In this document: in pieces, positions 42,915-51,435 of the stretch
Position numbering within the stretch: position 1 is the stretch's first letter
How the letters are laid out: each line of letters starts with the position of its first letter
Made by a program: the position numbers and the translations under genes
Assembly: GCA_048940645.1 (NCBI GenBank)
Contig: JBHLOI010000003.1
Span: forward strand, 1 to 64,000
DNA: 64,000 nt
Origin: Promethearchaeota archaeon
GTDB taxonomy: Archaea; Asgardarchaeota; Lokiarchaeia; Sigyniarchaeales; SOKP01
Direction: 5' to 3'
Notes under the pieces: generated by a model
Told to the model about the DNA's origin: nothing
What the model saw: the letters and a program-made list of their open reading frames with translations, nothing else
The model's database searches: none

Positions 42915-43718
42915 ATGGAAGATCAATTAGTAATCCTTGGTTCTGGTGGAGGTAGGCATCATATTAGAACACAATATAGGGCTACAGGAGGAATTTTATA
43001 TAAGTTTAATAGAACTCAGGCTCATATTGACCCTGGTCCTGGAGCTATTGTACGTATTGGTCAATATGGTGAAAATCCACTGAAGACAGAACTATTTATC
43101 GCAACCCATGCGCATGTTGATCATTATAATGACTTAAGTGCATTGATTGAAAGTTCGAGAGAAGTATTACACGATAAACAATATAATTATTTCAAAAAAG
43201 GTACTTTAATCACTACAAATGATGTATTAAATTATGTCTCAAGTTATCACTTAAATATGCTTGAAAGAATTATTCCTTTTAAAGCTGGAGATAGATTACT
43301 CTTTAAGAACATTGAGATCATTGGGACAAAAACTATTCATTCTCCTAATATGGAGGGATTTGGTGTCCGTTTTAATCTAAAAGATTACTCTATAGCTTTT
43401 ACAAGCGATACTAGGGTATTTGAAGGATTTTCAGATCAATTTAGTAACGTTAATATTATGATTCTTAACCTCTTAAGACCAGATTCTATTAAATGTAGAC
43501 GCCATCTATGTACGGATGAAGCAATTCCTTTTCTTAATAAAATAAAGCCAAGCCTTAATGGTTTAATCATTACCCATTTTGGAGCTTATATGGATTCACC
43601 AATCTCACCAAAAAATTTTGTTTCAAGTCAAGTAGAAAAAATAAGGAGAAAAACGAATATTAAAAATATTATTGCTGCTAAAGATGGTTTAAAAATTAAG
43701 ATCGAGAAGTTATTATAA
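42915..43718 (+). CDS. MBL-fold metallo-hydrolase
   Basis: LGSGGGR, IDPGPG, THAHVDH, TSDT, HL, ITHFG. Confidence 0.88.
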   Translation: MEDQLVILGSGGGRHHIRTQYRATGGILYKFNRTQAHIDPGPGAIVRIGQYGENPLKTELFIATHAHVDHYNDLSALIESSREVLHDKQYNYFKKGTLITTNDVLNYVSSYHLNMLERIIPFKAGDRLLFKNIEIIGTKTIHSPNMEGFGVRFNLKDYSIAFTSDTRVFEGFSDQFSNVNIMILNLLRPDSIKCRRHLCTDEAIPFLNKIKPSLNGLIITHFGAYMDSPISPKNFVSSQVEKIRRKTNIKNIIAAKDGLKIKIEKLL

Positions 43719-44440
43719 TATAAGTGAATGTATTGTGAATAATTCATTATTTATTTTTTGTTAAACCAAAACCATTATTTCAAATCAATTTCTGACATAG
43801 GATTTAATTTCTTAATTAATTTTTGAAATAATAAAAATCTTTTAACATAACTTTTTGCAACCTTTATTATATTATTAATGATAACTAGAAAGATTAAATT
43901 TTATTGTTTGTTGTAAATTTGGGATATTCTTGTATTCAAAAAGTTTAAAAAAATAGATTAAATGGGAGTAACTTCCCGCATAATATCTTTAATTCCTTAT
44001 ATAAATTATTTGAAAACAAACTGTTGTGGAGTTATAAAATTATATCGATAATTTTAGGGAAAGATGCCTTATGTTCATGATATTTAGATTCCAATATTTC
44101 ATAATACATGACTTTTTAAAGATGTAATTATAATAATTATTAGGAAGGGAAATATGATACGATAATTTGAGCTAACATTGGATTTCGCCCTCTATTAAAC
44201 TCTTTGAGTTTAATTCTCTCCCTGATTTTTCTATTTTGCTCGAATGGTCGTTCCCTTCTTTCTTTCTTATTTTAATTGACATAGCTGTAATTATATATGA
44301 ATCTAGTTTATTAAGTTAATGGATTATAATAACTACATAATAAGAAGGTGTTAATTGAAATTCCTTTTAAAACTTTAACTCAAATTTCTAACTAAATTTA
44401 ATATACTAAGTTATAATTTTCTATTGAGAGATAGTAGAAT

Positions 44441-44596
44441 TTAATTCGATTTCCTCCAATGCTTACACACGATACATTGTAAAATTTTCTCTAATTCAGT
44501 GCCACTAGGATTAGCGGCTCTTTTGATAATTTTCATTATCATAACATTTCCACATTTTTCACAAAGGCGCAATCCTTTTCCCTTTAATTTTTGCAT
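44441..44596 (-). CDS. Small Zn-ribbon protein, 51 aa (not in ORF track)
   Basis: Hand translation MQKLKGKGLRLCEKCGNVMIMKIIKRAANPSGTELEKILQCIVCKHWRKSN*, two CxxC pairs. Confidence 0.75.
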   Translation of the reverse strand: MQKLKGKGLRLCEKCGNVMIMKIIKRAANPSGTELEKILQCIVCKHWRKSN

Positions 44597-44705
44597 TGGT
44601 AATAGTAATATCTTAAATTAATTTACAATAAAAATCTGACCAGATTATTGATTTATTCTTATACTTAAATGTGCCGATAAAAATTAACACATTATTGATG
44701 TCATA

Positions 44706-44820
44706 TAAATAGGGTAAACATTAATAAATTTAAGTCATAAAAAATGTAGTGGGATATTGATTCATAAATGATGAGACCATCATTTTAGTTTCAAAGATTC
44801 AGTTCCTTTCTCTTTTTAGT
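44706..44820. repeat. Degenerate ~115-nt non-coding repeat, copy A
   Basis: Aligns by eye with 47313-47426 (TAAGT.ATAAAAAATG...ATATTGA..CATAAATGATGAG...CATT.TAGTTTCAAA.ATTCAGTTC). Confidence 0.75.
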
Positions 44821-45003
44821 TTGATAAATTTCATAGAAATCACAGTGTATTAATTTATGGAAAGATAAAATTGTTATTACGTAGGTATTTAATTGAAAAG
44901 ATAGATAATTAAAAAATTTCTTCTGATGATTAATCCTACTCCTATTAGTTTTTTTTAAGACCAAAATTAAAAAAAAAAAGTTAGATAAAGTTGTTTTATA
45001 TTA

Positions 45004-47103
45004 TTACCATGGCCAGATAAATCCTTTATTTTCCACGGAAAACTCATATGCTGATGTTAGTATATGATCTGCCTGATTGCTAACAATCATTACATGGAAG
45101 TTATTATATGTTCTTTCAATTGTCGTTCTACCAGTTTGGGTAGCATATGAAATGTACATATGGCTTTCCCAAAGATATTGTATACCATGAGCTCCACCTC
45201 CATATCGAACGGTTAATATTGTCATCTCATAATCATTATCCCAAATGCCGTCTGTTATATACCAACCATCTGTTTCCCAATCACCTTCACCAGATTCTAC
45301 ATCATCTGAGAACCCAAGTTCAGGAATGGCTATGTCATCAACGTACATATTTTGCAATGTAAATGCTCCATCCTGCCACAAGCGGAAATGAAGTTCAATT
45401 TGATGTCCTGCAAACGGACTAAGATCCATACTTACTGGTATCCAACCTCCGCTAGCACCCGTAAATGCATGCCATTTGCCAGCTGCTAAGTAATCTTTCG
45501 GTTCACGGCCAGCAGGTACATTTGGATTATCTTGACTAAACGGATCTGTGCTGACTGTAATCCCAGGCGCTTCTAAAGTAGTGTATTCATCTGTATCATA
45601 ATCATAAACCTCTACATATCCATAGTCCCAGTCCAGTTCTATTTCATAGAAAGTCATAAATTCTAGAGTAGCCCCTCCTGCAGGTATATCAAAGGTCTGA
45701 TGGAAACTACGCCAAGCCCATGCGTTGGCACCAGAATACCACTCGTAGCTTGGACTAGACGGAAGAGTTCCTGAAAAATCACTCCCATCAAAATAAATAG
45801 TAGCTAATCTATTAGTGAATCTATAATATTGAGCTGTGTAAGGTTGAGGATCAGTCCACCACCAGGAACCTAATGCAAAATCTGCTTCATAAATTGATTC
45901 TCCCCAAGCATCTAATACAGCATCAAGGGTCCACCCACCTGAAGCAGCGCTAGGTATATCTAATAAATCATAGCCATACCAACCATTTCCTTTAGTTGGA
46001 TCATCAAGATAATTAGCAATGGTCCACCGATCAAAAATGGTATCAAAGTGCAACCAAATACCGTTCTTATATAAGGTTGTTTGATAACCTTCAATACTAT
46101 TTTTTTGTTCTCGAGCTAGATCCTTAATAAAATCAAGACCAAATTTCTCATAGCAATAGAGAGTCCAGAGATAACTAGCACCATAATCTTCTAATCCGTT
46201 ACCCCAGAATGTAAGAGCTGTAAACCAGTGATAAATAAGATAGCTTGCTATATGACTAGTCCAATGTCCATAACCACATAAGTACATTGCTAAATCCGAA
46301 AATCCTTCGTCTACCCATGAAACTTCATCAGGATCAGTATCAAAGGAGACCAAATGTTGAAATTCATGCGCAAAAGCAGCTTCCATAGTTTGGTCTGAAC
46401 CTGGACCTACATTATTTTCCCAGTCATATGTATCACAATGAAATACATTTTTATTAAACTCAGTACTTATAGCAGCAGAGAAGTATCCTACTACATAAGA
46501 AGTTGCACTATCATCATAGTATGAATCCTCTCGTATATTAAAAATTAAAACCCACACTTTTTGACCTTCCTCCCCGCGTGGGAGCGGTTCTCCAAAAACA
46601 TCGGTCACAGTAGGATAAATTGTATTATCAAATTCATCTAAAAGATATTGCAATTGTGCTAAGGTAATATTATCCCAGTATCTACCCCAAGTTCCATAAG
46701 GATTGGCAAAATGATAATATGTGCCATCATAGCTATCATAAGCATCTTTGGTGATTAAGATAAGGGCATGCGTGCCTTCTAATAATACAATAAAATCTTC
46801 ATCATATGTCTCTGGTATATAATCATCGCTTAGAGGGAATGTAAATTCATCACCCACCTCTGCAGGTTCTCCAATTGGACTAGCTTGAGTAGCTTCAGCT
46901 ACACCTACTTCTGCAGCTTTCTTTCTTAAAGCTATTTCTTCATATCCAAGGTCTCCAACAGTAAGATCTCTTGGAGCACGGGTAGGGAATGATAACGCAC
47001 TTTCGTTGGATGTTGTTGGAATAACTAGAAACATAAGGACTCCCGAAGAAACTCCTAAAACTAACATAGAAATAAGAAGGATTGAATAACTTTTATTTCT
47101 CAT
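45004..47103 (-). CDS. Secreted/membrane-anchored Zn metalloprotease, M30/M6 (immune inhibitor A)-like, copy 1
   Basis: N-terminal hydrophobic helix, AHEFQH (HExxH), WVDEG, InhA-like C-terminal region (YEIE.DWDYGYVEV, DLSPFAG, YVDDI). Confidence 0.85.
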   Translation of the reverse strand: MRNKSYSILLISMLVLGVSSGVLMFLVIPTTSNESALSFPTRAPRDLTVGDLGYEEIALRKKAAEVGVAEATQASPIGEPAEVGDEFTFPLSDDYIPETYDEDFIVLLEGTHALILITKDAYDSYDGTYYHFANPYGTWGRYWDNITLAQLQYLLDEFDNTIYPTVTDVFGEPLPRGEEGQKVWVLIFNIREDSYYDDSATSYVVGYFSAAISTEFNKNVFHCDTYDWENNVGPGSDQTMEAAFAHEFQHLVSFDTDPDEVSWVDEGFSDLAMYLCGYGHWTSHIASYLIYHWFTALTFWGNGLEDYGASYLWTLYCYEKFGLDFIKDLAREQKNSIEGYQTTLYKNGIWLHFDTIFDRWTIANYLDDPTKGNGWYGYDLLDIPSAASGGWTLDAVLDAWGESIYEADFALGSWWWTDPQPYTAQYYRFTNRLATIYFDGSDFSGTLPSSPSYEWYSGANAWAWRSFHQTFDIPAGGATLEFMTFYEIELDWDYGYVEVYDYDTDEYTTLEAPGITVSTDPFSQDNPNVPAGREPKDYLAAGKWHAFTGASGGWIPVSMDLSPFAGHQIELHFRLWQDGAFTLQNMYVDDIAIPELGFSDDVESGEGDWETDGWYITDGIWDNDYEMTILTVRYGGGAHGIQYLWESHMYISYATQTGRTTIERTYNNFHVMIVSNQADHILTSAYEFSVENKGFIWPW

Positions 47104-47305
47104 TTTTTAATACTCCAATTTGCTTTTTATTAATTTCGACTTTTTTATTATTTTTCGTTTAGATTTCTTTACACACCGAAACGTTTTTCGGTTTATTGCT
47201 ACTTTAAGACATTTTAAATATTTCCAAAAACCATCATGAGATGATTCAAGGGAACATTTAGTAATAAACTACATTCTACTGATCCTATAAAAAATTTACT
47301 GTTTG
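47104..47305 (-). promoter_or_regulatory. Conserved promoter and ~160-nt leader of protease copy 1
   Basis: TATA-like TTTTTATA (47286-47293, minus), hairpin 47175-47192, GGAG SD-like motif; homologous to the leaders of copies 2 and 3. Confidence 0.6.
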
Positions 47306-47312
47306 GTCGAAA

Positions 47313-47426
47313 TAAATAAGTTAAATATTATTAAACTTAAGTTATAAAAAATGGAATGGAATATTGACACATAAATGATGAGTTCGCCATTCTAGTTTCA
47401 AAAATTCAGTTCTTTTTTTTCCTAGC
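47313..47426. repeat. Degenerate ~115-nt non-coding repeat, copy B
   Basis: Direct repeat of 44706-44820; a shorter related piece lies at about 51225-51276. Confidence 0.75.
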
Positions 47427-47516
47427 TTAATTAATTATAATTAAAAGCCCAAATATTTATAAATTTTCAATATCAATTTTTCAAGTATAAATTATAAATA
47501 TAATCGTGAAAATAAA

Positions 47517-47669
47517 ATGTCCTGTCATGATTTAAAAGTGGGAGATACTCTTGTATGTGAAGATTGTGGACTTGAATTAAAAGTGTCCAAAGCATGCAAT
47601 TGTTCTGAGGAAAGTGCTTGCACTGAAGGTGGTTTTGATTGCTGTGGAATGGCAATGAAAAAAAAGTAA
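47517..47669 (+). CDS. Small Cys-rich desulforedoxin-like metal-binding protein, 50 aa (not in ORF track)
   Basis: Hand translation MSCHDLKVGDTLVCEDCGLELKVSKACNCSEESACTEGGFDCCGMAMKKK*: CxxCG...CCG..M pattern, 8 Cys. Confidence 0.8.
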   Translation: MSCHDLKVGDTLVCEDCGLELKVSKACNCSEESACTEGGFDCCGMAMKKK

Positions 47670-47679
47670 AACTATAAAA

Positions 47680-48570
47680 TTATTTATTTTTTTTAAAATT
47701 AATTTTTAAAACAGTTATTAGGATTGCTATAAAGATTAGCCCCATCCCCATCCAGTTAAAAAGCGTTAAAATCTCATTTCCAATTAAAAAACCAAATAAT
47801 GCTGCAAACACAGGTTCTAATGTGAAAATAATAGCTGTTTGAGAAGGACCCTGGTGTTTTTGACCCCAATTCTGAAATATGAATGTTAAACTAGTAGCTC
47901 CAAAACCCATATAAAACATTATCAACCAAAAATCTAATTGGCTTGAAAAAAGATCATAAGATTCCCTGAGGATTAAAGAAGACGCAAAACATAGAAGCGT
48001 TAAAGTTGTTAATTGAAAAATGGTATAAAGATACACGTCAAAAATTTTTACATTTTTATCGTTTAGGACAATAAAGAAAGCACAGAAAACAGCACATCCT
48101 AAGACTAAAAAATCTCCTATAATAATTCCAAATTCGTTTTCTAATAATAATAATGACATGCCAATCACAGATAACCCAACTGAAATCCAGATTCTATATT
48201 TCACCCTACGTTTATATAGAAACCATGTTATAAATGGAACCATTACAGTACTAAGTCCTGTAATAAAGCCTGCCTTACCTGCTGTCGTTGTTTGAAGCCC
48301 ATAAGTCTGAAACACCATTGAGATGTAGTAAATAGATCCTGTTAACACTCCCAACAACAAAACTCTTTTATTAAAGTTTTTAAAATGAAAAAATAAAGGT
48401 ATAAATCCAATTGTTCCAAGTAAATATCTTAATCCAAGGTACAAAAAAATTGGAACATCTTGAGTAAGAGTTTTAGTAATTATGAAAGTTGTACCCCATA
48501 AAACTGTAGTAAATACCAAAAAAAGATTCGCAGCTACCTTTAATTTTTTTATTTGTTTCTTTTCATTCAT
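47680..48570 (-). CDS. DMT/EamA family transporter
   Basis: LWGTTF, GLQTTTAGKAGFITGL, GDFLVL, IFTLEPVFAA; about 10 TM. Confidence 0.9.
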   Translation of the reverse strand: MNEKKQIKKLKVAANLFLVFTTVLWGTTFIITKTLTQDVPIFLYLGLRYLLGTIGFIPLFFHFKNFNKRVLLLGVLTGSIYYISMVFQTYGLQTTTAGKAGFITGLSTVMVPFITWFLYKRRVKYRIWISVGLSVIGMSLLLLENEFGIIIGDFLVLGCAVFCAFFIVLNDKNVKIFDVYLYTIFQLTTLTLLCFASSLILRESYDLFSSQLDFWLIMFYMGFGATSLTFIFQNWGQKHQGPSQTAIIFTLEPVFAALFGFLIGNEILTLFNWMGMGLIFIAILITVLKINFKKNK

Positions 48571-48811
48571 ATAAATTACAATCTACTAATTTATGCTATG
48601 ATAAAAATCTTATTATGAAGATTTTTAGAATTGAAAAGGTAGATACCTAAAAAATTTTATATTTGCTACTGAAAATCGATCAATGTTTCAACGTTTCTTC
48701 GCTCATGATGAATCATTATCATAGTTACTTATATTTATTCTTGTTGAGTTCAAAATGAAAAGTTATAAAATAAAAATTAAAAAAAAAAGTAGTTAAGATT
48801 ATTTTTTATAA

Positions 48812-50914
48812 TTACCATGGCCAGATAAATCCTTTATTTTCCACGGAAAACTCGTACGCTGATGTTAGAATATGATCTGCTCGATTGCTAATAATCATAA
48901 CATGGAAGTTATTGTATGTTCTTTCAGTTGTCCCACTAAAACTTTGTGTAGCATAAGAAACATGATAATGGCTTTCCCAAAGGTACTCTATACCGTGGGC
49001 TCCACCTCCATATCGAACGGTTAGTACTGTCATCTCATAATCATTGTCCCACATGCCATTTGTAATATACCAACCATCTGTTTCCCAATCACCTTCACCA
49101 GATTCTACATCATCAAAGAAGCCAATTTCAGGTATGGATATATCATCAACATACATGTTTTGCTCTGTATATGCTCCATCCTGCCACAGACGGAAATGAA
49201 GTTCAATCTGATGGCCTGCAAATGGACTGAGATCCATACTTATAGGGATCCAACCTCCGCTATAACCAGTAAATGCATGCCATTTTCCAGCTGCTAAGTA
49301 GTCTTTCGGTTCACGGCCTTCAGGCACATTTGGATTATCTTGACTAAACGGATCCGTGCTGACTGTAATGCCAGGCGCTTCTAAAGTAGTGTATTCATCT
49401 GTATCATAATCATAAACCTCTACATAGCCATAATCCCAGTCCAGTTCAATTTGATAGAACGTCATAAATTCTAGAGTAGCCCCTCCTGCAGGTATATCAA
49501 AGGTTTGGTGGAAACTACGCCAAGCCCATGCATTGGCACCAGAATACCACTCGTAATCTCCGCTAGACGGAAGAGTTCCTGAAAAATCACTCGCATCAAA
49601 ATAGATCGTAGCTAATCTATTAGTGAATCTAAAATACTGAGCAGTGTAAGGTTGTGGATCAGTCCACCACCAGGAACCTAATGCAAAATCTGCTTCAAAA
49701 ATCGGTTCTCCCCAATAAGCACTTAACGCAAAATCAATGCTCCAACCATTCGTATCCGCACTAGGTATATCTAATAAATCATAGCCATACCAGCCTCCCC
49801 CCTGAGTGGGATCGTCAAGATAATTAGCAATGGTCCACCGATCAAAAATTGTATCAAAGTGCGTCCAAATACCGTTCTTATATAAGGTTGTTTGAACACC
49901 TTCAATACCATTTTTTTGTTCTCGAGTCCAATCCATAAGGAAATCAATACCAAATTTCTCATACATATAGAGGGCATAAAGATAACTAGCACCATAATCT
50001 TGTAATCCGCCACCCCAGAATGTAAGAGCTGTAAACCAATGGAAAGCCATATAATACATTAGATGACTATTCCAATGTCCATAACCACATAGATAGCCTG
50101 CTAAATCCGAAAATCCCTCGTCTACCCATGAAACTTCGTCAGGATCCATATCAAAGGAGACCAAATGCTGAAATTCATGAGCAAAGACACCTTCCATAAC
50201 TTGACTTGAACCCGGGCCTACACGATTTATCCAGTCATATGTATCACAATGCATAATATTTTTATTGTACTCAGTACTTACGGCAGCAGAGAAGTATCCT
50301 ACTACATAAGAAGTTACATCATCATCGTAGTATGAATCCTCCCGTATATTAAAAATTAAAACCCAAATTTTTTGACCTTCGTCCCCGCGTGGGAGCGGTT
50401 CTCCGAAAATGGGAGTTATAGTAGGATACATTACATTGTCAAATTCATCTAAAAGATATTGACATTGCGCTAAGGTAATATTATCCCAGTATCTACCCCA
50501 GGTTCCATAAGGATTGGCAAAATGATAATATGTGCCGTCATAGCTATCATAAGCATCTTTGGTGATTAAGATAAGGGCATGCGTACCCTCTAGTAATACA
50601 ATGAAATCTTCATAATATGTCTCTGGTATATAATCATCGCTTAGAGGGAATGTAAAAATATCACCCACCTCTGCAGGTTCTCCAATTGGACTAGCTTGAG
50701 TAGCTTCAGCTACACCTACTTCAGCAGCTTTCTTTCTAATAGCCATTTCTTCATACCCAAGGTCTTCAGCGGTTAGATCTATTGGAGCACGGTTATCGAA
50801 TGATAATGTGCTCTCACTGGATGCTGTTGGAATAACAAGAAACATGAGGATTCCCGAAGAAACTCCTAAAACTAACATAGAAATAAGAAGGATTGAATAA
50901 CTTTTATTTCTCAT
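48812..50914 (-). CDS. Secreted/membrane-anchored Zn metalloprotease, M30/M6-like, copy 2
   Basis: Close paralog of 45004-47103 with the same HEFQH and DEG motifs. Confidence 0.85.
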   Translation of the reverse strand: MRNKSYSILLISMLVLGVSSGILMFLVIPTASSESTLSFDNRAPIDLTAEDLGYEEMAIRKKAAEVGVAEATQASPIGEPAEVGDIFTFPLSDDYIPETYYEDFIVLLEGTHALILITKDAYDSYDGTYYHFANPYGTWGRYWDNITLAQCQYLLDEFDNVMYPTITPIFGEPLPRGDEGQKIWVLIFNIREDSYYDDDVTSYVVGYFSAAVSTEYNKNIMHCDTYDWINRVGPGSSQVMEGVFAHEFQHLVSFDMDPDEVSWVDEGFSDLAGYLCGYGHWNSHLMYYMAFHWFTALTFWGGGLQDYGASYLYALYMYEKFGIDFLMDWTREQKNGIEGVQTTLYKNGIWTHFDTIFDRWTIANYLDDPTQGGGWYGYDLLDIPSADTNGWSIDFALSAYWGEPIFEADFALGSWWWTDPQPYTAQYFRFTNRLATIYFDASDFSGTLPSSGDYEWYSGANAWAWRSFHQTFDIPAGGATLEFMTFYQIELDWDYGYVEVYDYDTDEYTTLEAPGITVSTDPFSQDNPNVPEGREPKDYLAAGKWHAFTGYSGGWIPISMDLSPFAGHQIELHFRLWQDGAYTEQNMYVDDISIPEIGFFDDVESGEGDWETDGWYITNGMWDNDYEMTVLTVRYGGGAHGIEYLWESHYHVSYATQSFSGTTERTYNNFHVMIISNRADHILTSAYEFSVENKGFIWPW

Positions 50915-51208
50915 TTTTTAATACTCCAATTTGTTTTTTATTAATTTCAACTTTTTTATTATTTTTCGTTTAGATTTCTTTACACACCGAAACGTTTTTC
51001 GGTTAATTGCTACTTTAAGACATTTTAAATATTTCCAAAAACCATCATCAGATGATTCAAGGGAACATTTAATAATAAACTACATTCTAATATATAAAAT
51101 TTACTGTTTCATTGAAACAATAGGCAAACAATGAACTTTATCGCATTAATGTTCATAAAAATTTGTTATAAAATCCCATTTATATTTGAGATAACAAAAA
51201 GAAAAATA
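50915..51208 (-). promoter_or_regulatory. Conserved promoter and leader of protease copy 2
   Basis: TTTATATA (51091-51098, minus), palindrome ATCATC-A-GATGAT 51044-51056, hairpin 50986-51003. Confidence 0.6.
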
Positions 51209-51435
51209 AAACTGTTTCATCGAAATAAATAGATTAAACATTAATAAATTTAAGTTAGCCCAAATACTTATAAATTGAATGTGTAAATAACTAAAAATTG
51301 TTCTAACTTTTATACTTTTATTCGCTTCGGATTAGGTTATCATTAAAATTACTCCTTTTTGTTCTTTTAAATTTAAAATGAAAAAATATAAAATAAAAAA
51401 TTAAAAAAAAAGTTAGATAAAGTTGTTTTATATTA

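Noticed and set aside
43760-43798. MSEIDLKIMVLV* on the minus strand, resembling the start of a small GTPase
   Set aside because: Only 12 codons with no P-loop or downstream remnant; not distinguishable from chance.
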